Virus record (IMG/VR): IMGVR_UViG_3300022929_002740
Span: 1-63,917 of that record
Reading direction: 5' to 3' (one strand)
Length of the DNA stretch: 63,917 nt
Source of the DNA: a virus
Taxonomy: Duplodnaviria > Caudoviricetes
Shown here in pieces: positions 27,520 through 39,900 of the stretch. Made by a program: the position numbers and the translations under genes. Under the pieces are notes generated by a model. That model ran no database searches. It was given only the letters and a program-made list of their open reading frames with translations, and had not been told where the DNA came from. Within the stretch, counting starts at the first letter, position 1. Every line of letters starts with the position of its first letter.

Positions 27520-29085
27520 ATGAGAAGAAGTGGATTAAACACATTTGCCCAAAGAGTTCCTGACAATTACAAAAATAAAGGTAATGTTTCAGGCTTTAGC
27601 AATTTTGAAGGATTGTATATTGGAAAAGTTATCGAAATTGTAGATGATAGATATGAGGGTTATTGTTATGTTGAAATTATAGGACAACAACAACTGTCTA
27701 GCACTACTGGCAATCCTGAAGATAGAAAAAATTATGTCAGATGTAGACGAGCCATGCCTTATGGCGGTAGCTATCAAGCCACAGATCACACAAGAAGCTA
27801 TGGTATGAGTACACACCCGCCTGCTCCTGGAACAGAAGTTATAGTTGCATTTACAACAGAAAATCAAGAAGGCATTATACTTGGAATTCTAGCAGATACA
27901 GGAAGAAACAGCAGTTATCCTGACAATGCTGCTGGTTTTGTACAAGGCGAAGACAATTCAGTTGCTCCTACATTTGACCAAGGCGTAGGCAAGAGGCAAG
28001 AAAAGAACACTAGACCTAGACATCCTCTTGCTGGTGCATTAGGAAAACAAGGACTACAGCTAGACAGTGTTCGAGGACTCAGCAGTAGCAGTGCTAGAAG
28101 AGAATCACCTAGTAATGTATTTGGGTTTAACACTCCTAGCGGTCACAGTTTGGTACTTGATGATGGTACAGTAAGTAAAAGTGAAAGAAGTTTAAGTCCT
28201 GATCCTAATAGACAAGCAGGTAATAGTAATTTAGTGAGACTGCGCAGTGCTGGCGGCGCTCAAATGTTGTTCAATGATACTGCTGGTATTGTTTACGTAA
28301 TTAATCAAGCAGGCAACAGTTGGGTACAACTAAGCAGTGATGGTAAAATTGATATCTACAGCCAGGGTGATATTAGTATGCACACTGAAACAGACTTTAA
28401 CTTGCATGTAGGCGGCGATTTTAATTTAGATGCCGAGTGTGTGAATATTAAATCCAGAGGCGATTGTGGAACAAAATTTGAAACTGTTACAGGTGAGTTT
28501 AATTTACACAGTGCTAAAGATATTAAATTCACCACAGACTTAAATCATCATCTAGTTGCCAAAGGCACAAGTAGAACAACTGCTCCATTGATAGACTTAA
28601 ATGGTCCTGCTGCAACGGCGGCAACAAAGACCACAAACAACAACATTACAGTCAACAAAACAGTAAAGCAAAGTATTACTAGCAGAGTTCCAGAAGCTGA
28701 ACCTTGGGGAGGGCATGCCGAACAACAGACTCCTATTGCAAGTTGTGCAAGTACTAATCTAGACCTTAAAGGTGTTGACATAGATCTCAGTAACATTAAT
28801 AATACTAATAAAGATTCTAGCAATCGAGTTGGACGTAGATCTGGTTCTGGAGTAACAGACGATGGTTTTGACAGTAATGCAAAATATCCATCTTATGCAC
28901 CTCCAGGCACTACTCCTAATTTAGATGACGAAGATTCTGAAAATGTAGGAGTAGCTGTAGGAGCATTAGTTGCTGAGGAAGAACTGAGATTTGGTACGAC
29001 ACAAGATAATCAAGTATACGGTACTCTCAGAAGTGCTACACCTGAAGAACTTAATGTTAATCCTAGAAAAGGGAGACCTTTTTAA
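27520..29085 (+). CDS. Baseplate spike (gp5/VgrG-like)
   Basis: N-terminal OB fold (YIGKV...D, PP.PGTEVIVAF), TPSGHSLVLDD, and beta-helix-like repeats. Confidence 0.75.
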   Translation: MRRSGLNTFAQRVPDNYKNKGNVSGFSNFEGLYIGKVIEIVDDRYEGYCYVEIIGQQQLSSTTGNPEDRKNYVRCRRAMPYGGSYQATDHTRSYGMSTHPPAPGTEVIVAFTTENQEGIILGILADTGRNSSYPDNAAGFVQGEDNSVAPTFDQGVGKRQEKNTRPRHPLAGALGKQGLQLDSVRGLSSSSARRESPSNVFGFNTPSGHSLVLDDGTVSKSERSLSPDPNRQAGNSNLVRLRSAGGAQMLFNDTAGIVYVINQAGNSWVQLSSDGKIDIYSQGDISMHTETDFNLHVGGDFNLDAECVNIKSRGDCGTKFETVTGEFNLHSAKDIKFTTDLNHHLVAKGTSRTTAPLIDLNGPAATAATKTTNNNITVNKTVKQSITSRVPEAEPWGGHAEQQTPIASCASTNLDLKGVDIDLSNINNTNKDSSNRVGRRSGSGVTDDGFDSNAKYPSYAPPGTTPNLDDEDSENVGVAVGALVAEEELRFGTTQDNQVYGTLRSATPEELNVNPRKGRPF

Positions 29086-29984
29086 TGGCACTTGAACAAG
29101 TTGATAGAAAGTTTCAAATTGTATGGGAAGATTTTATTGTACAAAATACATCATTGTACAATACTCAGTTGCTATTGTCAGATTTGACTGCAAGTGACGA
29201 TTGTAAACTTACTGCACTTAATTTTAGTAGATACAACGGATATGTTGGCACAGGTTACGGAGAAAGTTCAACCAGTGATGGTGTAACTGAACAACAAGCA
29301 TATGATATTTGGGACAGTGAATTTAATAGATATCAAAAAATTGTAAAAAAACAATTGATTTCTAAAAATATTGTGCAAATGAGCCAAACAATGTATGATG
29401 CGCTTGTGTTGTTCAACTGGACAACAGGCAATTTATTTTACAGCAATGCTACTGAAGGTCAGTACAACATGACCAACGCAATTGTAACAAAAGACACAGA
29501 TACAGTAGCAAACATGATGTCGAGAAGTGTTTTAAACAAAGAAAAGTGTATGCGTTGTGCTAGTGTATTGAGGCTTGCAGACTACGGAAACAATAAAAAC
29601 AGATCTTGGATGCGCACCAACGGCATATACTACATGAGAGATCAGAATGAAAAGAACTTGCTGACTGACGCACAACTCAAACGTGCAAGATTTGCATACT
29701 ATGCAGAGACACTGAAGTTTTTACCATTTACTCCTGAAAGTATTAAACGAGACATTGCCAAACGCTACAATAAAACCCTTGTCAATCAAACATTCACATA
29801 CAGCGGAACTAACACCTTTACTATGGATACTAATTTTAGCATGGATCCAATTGAAAAACTAGAAGTAAGACTCAACGGAGAGATACTAGATCACTTATTT
29901 GATTTTACAGTGAGTGATTTAGTTGTTACTATCACAAAAAACATGACAAATGGCGATATTATACGTACTCAGATCAAAATATAA
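29085..29984 (+). CDS. Divergent GH24 lysozyme-like protein with C-terminal beta domain
   Basis: GTGYG, GVTEQQA and SQTMYDALVLF..TG resemble phage lysozyme motifs; no catalytic Glu is evident. Confidence 0.5.
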   Translation: MALEQVDRKFQIVWEDFIVQNTSLYNTQLLLSDLTASDDCKLTALNFSRYNGYVGTGYGESSTSDGVTEQQAYDIWDSEFNRYQKIVKKQLISKNIVQMSQTMYDALVLFNWTTGNLFYSNATEGQYNMTNAIVTKDTDTVANMMSRSVLNKEKCMRCASVLRLADYGNNKNRSWMRTNGIYYMRDQNEKNLLTDAQLKRARFAYYAETLKFLPFTPESIKRDIAKRYNKTLVNQTFTYSGTNTFTMDTNFSMDPIEKLEVRLNGEILDHLFDFTVSDLVVTITKNMTNGDIIRTQIKI

Positions 29985-30004
29985 AAAGTAGCAGTTAATT
30001 TTGC

Positions 30005-30012
30005 CATAAATA
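30005..30012 (+). promoter_or_regulatory. Late promoter (CATAAATA), 5 nt before the gp25 start
   Basis: Near-consensus box in an intergenic gap, with no SD between it and the ATG. Confidence 0.55.
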
Positions 30013-30017
30013 TTAGT

Positions 30018-30380
30018 ATGGCAACATACATCGGATATAGCACAATAGACACAGTCACAGGCAGTAAAACATTGGAAGATGTTGATATTGCAAAACGTGA
30101 CTTGATGAATCATTTTTACACTCGCAGAGGCGAACGTGTAATGAATCCAACATTTGGTAGCATACTACCCGAGTTGGTGTTTGAACCACTGGATTATACA
30201 ACAGAAGCAGAAGCACTAGACGATGTGAACAGAATAGTGACCAACGATCCTAGATGGAAAGTTATAGAAACACTATTGAACAAGCCCACCGAGCATACAC
30301 TAGAAGTGCGTGTGAGAATGGAATATATTGATACAGGAACAGCAGAAGAACTGTTGTTAACATATGTAGGTGAAGAATAA
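30018..30380 (+). CDS. gp25: Baseplate wedge protein (gp25-like)
   Basis: TRRGERVMNPTFGS...LVFEP and DPR motifs. Confidence 0.92.
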   Translation: MATYIGYSTIDTVTGSKTLEDVDIAKRDLMNHFYTRRGERVMNPTFGSILPELVFEPLDYTTEAEALDDVNRIVTNDPRWKVIETLLNKPTEHTLEVRVRMEYIDTGTAEELLLTYVGEE

Positions 30381-33300
30381 TGGCACAAGGCGCAAGACAG
30401 AGCAGTTTATTTGCTGCTGAAGATTTCAGCGTAGTGTACGAAAGTTTTAGTGAAGCTAATTTTCAGGCTTATGACTTTGAAACTATTCGTAACGCTATGG
30501 TTGATTATATTAACAACAACTATCCAGAAAACTTTAATGACTGGATCAACTCAAGTGAATTTGTAAGTTTGTTAGAACTTATGGCTTTCTTAGGTCATAA
30601 CTTAGCATACAGAGCAGACTTAGCCAGCAGAGAAAATTATCTAAGCACAGCAGAACGCAGAGAAAGCGCCTTACGTATTGCTGACTTCTTAGGATATACA
30701 CCTACTAGAAATGTTGTTGCCAACGGATTTTTAAAGATAGACAGTGTGAGAACAAACGAACCTGTGTTTGATGCAAATGGTAATAGTTTAGCAAACATAT
30801 CAGTGCAGTTTGATGACACAACTGATCCCAACAGTTACAAAAACTTTTTAACTATTATGAACAGCATGTTTCAAAGCAGTAGTCAGTTTGGATCTCCTTA
30901 TAGTAAAGTTACAATAGGTGGCGTAAGCAACGAAATTTATAGAACTAATAGTGTAAACAATTTGTCGACTCGTAACTTTCAAAACAGAATCAACAACAAA
31001 AATACAACTTTTAGTTTTTACAGTAGTAAAACTACTTCACAGAACACAATAATTGAAAAATCACCTGACCCGTACAGTGTTGTTGACTTGCTATACAAAA
31101 ATGATAACAGTGGTAATAGTAGTGCAAACACAGGTTTCTTTGTAGGATTCAAGCAAGGTGCAATGGAATACAAAGATTTTAATATTACCAATGGTTTACC
31201 TAATATGGTACTTGATATTAATGTAGACAACATTGCAAATGGAAATATTTGGGTACAAACAATCGACGAAGTAGGTCAAGTACAGAAAACTTGGACACAA
31301 GTTGATAAACTATTTGGAAACAGTGCTATATTCAATAGTACTAGTAATGCTATCAGAGATATTTACAGTGTTGCAAGTAGAGAGAGTGATCAAGTAAGTA
31401 TTGTTTTTGGAGACGGTTCATTTGGTAATATTCCACGTGGTAATATCAGAGTTTGGTATCGCACAGGACTAAATGAATCTTATAGCCTTAATCCTGATAC
31501 ATTTAATAGTACAAGTATGAACATTGATTATCAAGGAGCTGACGGTAATACATACAATGCACTTTTTACTCTCAGTTTGAAAAACAATGTAACCAACGCT
31601 AGTGCAAGAGAAAGTGTTGCTAGTATCAAAGCCAATGCTCCAAGATTCTTTGCCGCACAAGACAGAATGGTTACTGCTGCTGATTACAGTATTTTTCCTG
31701 TAACAGTAAGTGAAAACATTCGCAAGATTAAAAGTATTAACCGTGTACACAGTGGCCATAGTAGATTCCGTGATTTGTATGATCCTACAGCAACCTATAA
31801 TGATGCAACACAATACACAGACGACGGATATGTGTATGAAAATAATGTGACCAATAGAAGTCTTGTTAGTTTGCCTAACTCGTTGAACGGTGAACAGATT
31901 TATAAAAAGTATATCAGACCAATGCTGGGCAATGCAGAAGTTAAAAACTTTTACTACACAAGACAAGGTTACACAAGCACAACGTTCAATAGCAATTCAG
32001 ATTTTAACAATACAACAAGTGGTATTGTGTTTAGAAATGCAACAGAAACAGACATCACTGGAGTATTCCGCTGGAACCAAGTTACAAAAGCAAGCGGAAG
32101 TAGCAGTGGATATTTTACCAAAGACAGTATTGTACAGCGTACAGGACTTGTACAAACCAACAGTTTGAAAAAGGCAAGTTTAAACAGCTTGGTAGAATTT
32201 ATTAGTGCGCCTTATCAGATGGGGTATGTAAAAACTATCACAGTAGTAAACGGCGGCACAGGATACACAGGTATTCCCACAGTTACAGTTAACGGTGTTG
32301 GATCAGGCGCAACAGCCACAGCCACAGTTACAAGTGGCGCAGTTACAGCTATTGCAATTACCAATGCAGGAAGCGGATATGAGAACGGTACTACAGTTAC
32401 AATTACAGGCGGCGGCGGTAGCAATGCTACTGCTAAAGTAACACTAGCTGACAGTAACACACAATGGGTCAAAGTTGATAGACTTTACAAAGATGGCTTG
32501 GGCGACGACACAGCAGACGGTATTCCAACAGGAAATGACAACACAGGTAAAGGTGCTGTAGTACTGAGTGGTGTAGTAGAAGATGGTGCAAGAGTTAGAC
32601 GTATTGTTCCTGTGTTTGCTAAAGATTTTACAGACACAATCAAAACACAAGTTGTAAACAAGATAGATTCAAAAGTAAGTTTTGCACTGAGATACAACAG
32701 CGATACACAACAATGGCACATCATTGAAAGTGGAGACATTCCTGCTAACACAACCACACTTAATGCAGTAAGTAGTTGGAGTAGACAGTACGAAGGTAAT
32801 ACGAGCGGTACTGGCATAGACAACAGTTGGCTTATACGCTTTAACTATAGCAGTACACAGTGGGAAATACTTACTCGCAAAACACAAATGGTATTTGGCA
32901 GTAGTGCTAAACTTAAATTTAGCAACTTAAACTTCAACAGTACATTCAGCAGTGAAACACAAAAACCTTTAAGAGATTGTTTGAAAGTGTTGAGAATAAA
33001 TCCTGTTAGTGAACTAGATTCAACTGCTTTAGGCAGAGACTATAAGTTTAATTTGTTTGGATATTTTGTATATCAAGATGGCTACACAGATCCTCACAAT
33101 GTGAGAGTTACACTTGCTGATCCTAACAACGGAGACTATCCTACTAATCCAGAAGCATTCAACAATGTATTAGCTGGACAAACTATTAAACTAGGAACAA
33201 AAACTGTAGACGGATTTGACTATGTGTGTTATGATGCCAATGGCACTACCATTGTAAACGGTAAAGCTAATTTGCACACACAGTATGACAGAATCAGTGA

Positions 33301-33907
33301 CATCAACAATGTAATTGATCCTGCTATCACAAACATTGTGGACACATATGTATTGATGTCAAGTTATGATAGACAGTTTAGAACTTGGGCAAAATACGAC
33401 GGCAGAACAGAAACTAAACCTAATCCGCCGACTATCAGTGAACTTACAAACATGTTTGAAATATTAGAAAATAAAAAGAGTATCAGTGATCAGGTTATTT
33501 ACAGACCAGTTAAGTATAAAATACTATTTGGTGATTTAGCCAGCAGCGAACTACAAGCTAGATTTAATGTAACCAAAACTGCAAACAGTACACTCAGTGA
33601 CACTGAAGTGAAACAGCAGGTAATAAGACTTATCAATGATTACTTTGCTGTTGAAAACTGGGACTTCGGTGAAGACTTTTACTTTACTGAAATGGCAGCA
33701 TATATTCACAATAACATGATTGGCGAAATAAGTCAAGTTACAATTCAACCAGTTGGTAATAGCACAGACACCAAAGAACTATTCGAAATAACTAGTGCAG
33801 GAGACGAACTATTTCTTCCTGTAGTTGAAGCATCAAACATTATTGTATCTAACAGTATTGTTTCCAACAGCACAACAATAGCTGAAAGCACTGGAGTATC
33901 CTACTAA
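30380..33907 (+). CDS. gp6: Baseplate wedge protein (gp6-like)
   Basis: ENYLSTA..R.S...A..LGY.P, FGDG.FG..P and ES...IK.NAP..F.AQDRMVTAADY motifs. Confidence 0.9.
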   Translation: MAQGARQSSLFAAEDFSVVYESFSEANFQAYDFETIRNAMVDYINNNYPENFNDWINSSEFVSLLELMAFLGHNLAYRADLASRENYLSTAERRESALRIADFLGYTPTRNVVANGFLKIDSVRTNEPVFDANGNSLANISVQFDDTTDPNSYKNFLTIMNSMFQSSSQFGSPYSKVTIGGVSNEIYRTNSVNNLSTRNFQNRINNKNTTFSFYSSKTTSQNTIIEKSPDPYSVVDLLYKNDNSGNSSANTGFFVGFKQGAMEYKDFNITNGLPNMVLDINVDNIANGNIWVQTIDEVGQVQKTWTQVDKLFGNSAIFNSTSNAIRDIYSVASRESDQVSIVFGDGSFGNIPRGNIRVWYRTGLNESYSLNPDTFNSTSMNIDYQGADGNTYNALFTLSLKNNVTNASARESVASIKANAPRFFAAQDRMVTAADYSIFPVTVSENIRKIKSINRVHSGHSRFRDLYDPTATYNDATQYTDDGYVYENNVTNRSLVSLPNSLNGEQIYKKYIRPMLGNAEVKNFYYTRQGYTSTTFNSNSDFNNTTSGIVFRNATETDITGVFRWNQVTKASGSSSGYFTKDSIVQRTGLVQTNSLKKASLNSLVEFISAPYQMGYVKTITVVNGGTGYTGIPTVTVNGVGSGATATATVTSGAVTAIAITNAGSGYENGTTVTITGGGGSNATAKVTLADSNTQWVKVDRLYKDGLGDDTADGIPTGNDNTGKGAVVLSGVVEDGARVRRIVPVFAKDFTDTIKTQVVNKIDSKVSFALRYNSDTQQWHIIESGDIPANTTTLNAVSSWSRQYEGNTSGTGIDNSWLIRFNYSSTQWEILTRKTQMVFGSSAKLKFSNLNFNSTFSSETQKPLRDCLKVLRINPVSELDSTALGRDYKFNLFGYFVYQDGYTDPHNVRVTLADPNNGDYPTNPEAFNNVLAGQTIKLGTKTVDGFDYVCYDANGTTIVNGKANLHTQYDRISDINNVIDPAITNIVDTYVLMSSYDRQFRTWAKYDGRTETKPNPPTISELTNMFEILENKKSISDQVIYRPVKYKILFGDLASSELQARFNVTKTANSTLSDTEVKQQVIRLINDYFAVENWDFGEDFYFTEMAAYIHNNMIGEISQVTIQPVGNSTDTKELFEITSAGDELFLPVVEASNIIVSNSIVSNSTTIAESTGVSY

Positions 33908-36900
33908 TGAGCGAACGCAGTCCACGACCTATAAAGGCACCGATGATCACAAGACCAGGTGAGTCTAACGAACACTTTGGTACACGTAATATCTCAAACT
34001 TTTTACCAGAGATATTTCAAACACAGGTCAACAGACAGTTTTTAGATACTACTATGGAGCAATTACTCAGCAGTGGTAGCTTACAGCCTATTAGGAATTA
34101 TATAGGGCAACAGTATCTTAAAAATACTGTAGCTGACAACTACATCATTGATGATAGAAGCAATGACACATATCAGTTTACACCTGGACTTGTAAACAAA
34201 GATTCAGATCAAAACATACAAGGTGCAATGCCTTATGATGATCTTATTAATGCAATGAAATTTAATGAAGTTGATGTCAACAATCACAATAAGATACTAA
34301 ATGAAACTGCTTATACATTAGACTTGCCAATTAACTATGATATGTTTATAAACTATCACAAGTACTTTTGGCTGACTGATATTCTTCCGCCATGTAGTTT
34401 AAGTGCAGTGCTTGCTAATCCTATTGACATTGATACTATTATTGGCAGAACTTCTTATACTACACCTACACTAGTGAATGGTAAAACTCTCACACTACAA
34501 AACGGTATGAGAATTCGATTTACTCAATCTCAGTTTACTGAATTTACACAAACAGTTCCTGGTAATACAACATTCACAGTGGGTGCTTATTCTAACACTG
34601 TAAAAGTTTTTAAAAATAATCTAATACAAACAGTTACAACCGATTATACATATAACACTAATACTGGATTGATAACATTTACTACTGCACCAGCAGTAAA
34701 CGATGTAATACGAGTAACTAATTTTCATTCTTATAGTACAAGTGGGAATTATGAAGTTGACAGCATTTATATTGTGGATGGTGTAGGCACAGGTATTAAG
34801 TTAACTAAACAATACGAAGCAACTAGATATAATCATTATGCAAGACATTTTATTAATACAGCGATTTATGATACTCAGAATAGAAATGACTTTGTAGAAA
34901 CTCCTACGACATTCAGCTTTGATCCTACTGATACGGATCAATACAAAAACACAAAGCGTGACTATGTTGTTGAAGAGAGATGGGCAGCAGATCACAGTGC
35001 ATGGGCTAGAAGCAATTTATGGATACATGAAGATAGTGCGCAGGCTATGTGTGCATATCAAGATTTAACAGCTGGTGATTATATTGTTGATACATTCAGG
35101 GCTGTACGTCCTATCATTGAATACAAAGCAGGAATAGAAAAATATAACTTTGGTAAAAATCATATCTCATATGTTGATCATCTAGTAGAAGATAATATTG
35201 ATCCAGCCACAGCTATTGTTGGACAAACAGATTGGGATTGGACTATTTCTGGTATTACTACTCAATGGAGTTCTGGCAGTGGTTACGAACCAGGCGACTT
35301 AGTTTATTTGTCAGTAAACAGCAACATCACTTACTATGAATGTATTGCCAAACACACTGATCCAAAAGACCCTTCGCAGTCACAGAATTACAATTTTTGG
35401 AAAAGGATTGTGCCACAAGCACTGCAAAATAATGATATTGTAATGTTCTTGCAAACAACCAACAGTGTTTATAATAACAAAATTTTTAGAGTAAGTGGTG
35501 TAGGTACCAGCATTGTTTTAACAGAAATTTATGGCAGCGGAAGTACAGCTATTAATACCAATGACAAAGTTGTGATTATCAATGGTCACAATTCAATGAA
35601 GTTTGGTACAACTAACGAATTATCAGAGCCGTATGATGGAAGTGAATGGTATTGGAATGGCAGTGCATGGATTTATGGACAGCAAAAAACTGCACGTAGT
35701 TTTGGTATGCTGGCACAACTGTATGATATCAACAATGTAAAATTAGACAATACTGCTACATATCCTAACAGTAATTTCAAAGGTGGTTACATTTTTGATT
35801 ATGTTCATAACACAGCAAACCCAATAGATGCTGCACTAGGGTTTGGTGTCGATTATGTTGATTATGGTAACAGTCCGGGTATTAACTTTTCAGTTGATTT
35901 AGTAAACAAAAAATTCAAGTATACACAAAGCAGTCCAAACACTGAAAAGAGTCTTACACGATCAATAACTGGATACTATTATTATAAAATGTTAGATGGT
36001 ACTGCACACAACGGATGGGTAACTATTAGAAATAGCCAGCCAGTAAAACGTGTAGTAAGAAAAACAATAACAAAAGAAACAGCAGGGCAAACACTAAAAT
36101 TTGATCTAGGTCATAATAGTTTTGACAAAGACAAGTATTTTGTATTCACGAAAACCAGCGACGATAAACTTAAAGTAAGCAGTCAGAAAGATAGCAGTCT
36201 TACAAATAGACTAAATCTCATCAATGGCACATTACCTACACTGTTTATGAACACAGGAACAACATACACATTCCAAACACAATTTGCACAGAATCAAATT
36301 GAATTTGTAGATTTTGATGGCACAGCATTGGGCAGTGGGTTTACAAGAAGTTCTGGCACAGGCGATGTGTTTACATTTGCAATTGCAACACCAAGTCAAA
36401 CAGCAATCAAATATCGTGTTGTTGGCACAACTAACAAAGAAGGTATAATTTATATCAACACTGTTAGCGATTATACCAACATCACAGTATACCGAAACAG
36501 AACAAAAATAAGTGCATACAGTTTAAGTGGCAACATTCTTAGCATCACAGGTGCATCAGCTATAGATGATATTTACGAAGTAGAGTATTATACAGAAGCA
36601 GATTATAGTGATACAGTAGAAGGGTCACAACTGATAGCTGACACACAAACACATAATGCGCAAAATTTAGATTTTGCAAATATCAGTTTTGGAGATCTAG
36701 TAGAACACATTAGACAACAGATGACTGGGATCCCAGGATTTACAGGCGATTATTTTGGTATTAACAATTATAGACAACTACCGCATGTGCATGAATTTGG
36801 CGGTACTATTAGACAACAGCCATACAGTACAGAACTAGTAAATCAATTATTAATGGACAAAGATACTAATCCATACAGTAGTATTAAGTTTAATGCCAAT

Positions 36901-39900
36901 CAATACAGCATATTCAAAAAACAATTCAAACTCAAAGCAGCACAACTGCACAACACATTAGATATCACACAGTCTGTTTATACACTAGTGGATCGTACAT
37001 TAGAAGCAATGTTTGTAGGTAAAAATAAAAGTACACTGTTTGCCAACAGCAATATGGCTATGTACAGAGATTACGAAAGTGCAGACTATGGTTGGAACAA
37101 TCCTACAACACCTGTGTTCGATTTACCTGAAAGTGTTAACACATATGACGATGAACAAAATCATATACAGGTTTGGTTAAATGATGATGACGGTGCTGGA
37201 AACACCCGCTGGAGAGCTTTGATCAAAGATCAAGATTATACGCTAGGCAGTAACAAAATTACAGTGACAACAAACCCAACATTCCCATCAGGAGGACAAG
37301 CACAGTTACACGTAAGATGGTATCCTAGAGCAAGTGTTAGCTTTGTGCCACCTAGTGCAGTTAAACTAGGATTGTGTAAAAGTTACTTGCCTGAGCTACG
37401 CAGTGATTACAGCAAAGATAGCACAGGAACAGCCACAGATACAGTAATTGTTGGACATGACGGCAGTGTACATGTTCGCAATGGTACTGAACTATATGAT
37501 AGAAGTAAAGCAGGATTTGATCCTGTAGATGCTGCTCTGTGGGATCTAGAGTGTAGAATTTACAACAACATACAACATACAAAATTAGATAATGTAAAAA
37601 GTATAAAAACTTATACGCCTAATGCACACAGAGCAAATGTATACACATGGAACAAATTCCAAGACACTGTAAAAAGCGAATTTAACAAATGGAAAGTAGC
37701 TAATAATGTTACTGCTCTACAAAGTGATACCTACTATGATGCTAGTGACAAATGGACATGGAACTACAGCGATGTAACTCCGGGTATTGGCGGCTGGAGA
37801 GGATTGTATCATTACTTCTTTAACACAGATAGACCGCACACACATCCTTGGGAAATGATGGGATACAATCGCAAACCTAGCTGGTGGGACGCAAACTATA
37901 GCTGGACAGATGCTACTGAAAGAGCAAACTTAATCAATGCACTCAAGTACGGTAAAATTAATAATCCAGCACTAGACGCTGTATATGATATCAATTACAG
38001 CTATAACAATTATGATTGGGCAACCAACACATTAGTAACAAATGCAGGTGTACTAAATGATCCAGACACAGCTGGTGTTGTTGCTACGCCAACAGATCCT
38101 GCTCGTGCATTTGAGTTTGGAGACTGGGGTCCGGTAGAAGCTGAATGGAGACGCAGTGCTGAGTATAAAATTGTAGAATTTTTAGCACTACTTAAAGCAA
38201 GACCATTGATTGCTACCAACAACTATTTTGCTGTCAATGAAAGAAAAGAATCTACTCTCAGTAGTTTCGATAATGCACAATTGTATAATGGTACTGCAAA
38301 TCAACTAACAAGTTGGAATTCACATCAACTGAGTGGTAATATGCAAACTGGTAAAATTATTGAGGCTGTAAGAGTTGTCAATGGCGGTACAGGTTATACC
38401 AGTGCGCCTACAGTAAGTGTATATGATAACTTTGGACAAGATGCACAAATACAAACACACATCACAGGAGGTGTAGTTACAAGTGCTAGTGTGATCAATC
38501 CTGGTAAAAATTACTACAATAGACCAACATTAATATTAAGCACAGGTGCAGCAAAACTAGAGCCTATTCTAGCTGAAGATAGCAAACGCTACTTTATCGG
38601 TATGCAAAACAGTGTGATCGATTTTGCAAAAAGCAATAGTACAACAGTTGAAGAACTTCAAACTAGATTAGAAAATATGTCGTTTAGTACTGTAGCTAAA
38701 GCAGGCGGCTTTGTAAACAGCAATCAAAAATTTATGTTAGAAAGCAGTCAAGGCAAAGGTCGTGTATTTGTTCCAGAAGAAAACTTTAATACAATACTGT
38801 TTACAAACAGTCCTAATACTGAATACTTCTTTGGCGGAATTAAAATTGATAAAACAGCAAACGGGTATAAGATTGCAGGCTATGACAACAGTAAACTTAC
38901 ATTCAAATATTATGCTCCTGTAACCAGTAGTAATAAAATTAGTGCAGTTATAAGCAGTACTGAAGTGTTTAGATATACAGACTTTGAAACTGCTGAAAGT
39001 ACATTAGATTATAATACAGAACTATCAAGTATACAAGAAGTTTATAACTTTATTGTAGGGTATGGTTATTATCTAAACACAATTGGATTTACACAGCAAT
39101 GGCGTAGTGCTGCAAATGATTTTGTAACATGGGCATCCAGTGAAACAACTATTCAACTTAAAATTATTCCAGATAACACAAAGATCACAGTGCAAGATAG
39201 TACAAATGGATACTTTGATAATATCAATAATAGATATGATGGTATCTATAATGTTAACGATAGCAATGGAAATCAAATACAAACCAGCAAGTTGCTCATT
39301 GATAGAAATATATTAAGTCTTGACAAGGAAACAACATTTAGTGTAAAAGATAGTAGTGACGAAATATATGGAATAAGATTATACAAAACACAAGTAGAAC
39401 ATTTAATTGTGTTTGATAATATTACAAACTTTGATGATGTAGTGTATGATCCTGCTATTGGACAGCGTCATAATAGAATTGTGTGGCAAGGTACAAGAAC
39501 CAAAGACTGGAACGGACGATTCTACAGTCCGGGTTTTGTAATCACTGATAATACAATTATTCCAAACTATGACACAGTTGCAAAAGAACTTGATCAATAC
39601 TACGGAAGAACTGCAAATCTTAGCAATAGTCAAATCAGTAACGTTGCAAAATACAACAGCGGATACAATAAACCACAATGGGCAGATAATTTAGATATCG
39701 ACGATGATACATTGTTTGAATTTGTACAAGGCAGTCTCAAGTATAAAGGTACCAAGTATGCACTAGATGCATTTGCAAGAAACAAAAGTTTATTTGATGC
39801 TGATGCTACGATTGACCTACACGAAGAATGGGCTATTAGAATTGCAGACTTTGGAGATACAAGAAGCAGAGATACAATAGAGTTTCAACTGACTCCAGAC

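Noticed and set aside
32235-32440. NGGTGYT..PTV / NAGSGY repeats in gp6 (also ~38370 in the giant protein)
   Set aside because: Real, but a common insert in structural proteins of aquatic T4-like phages; not novel.
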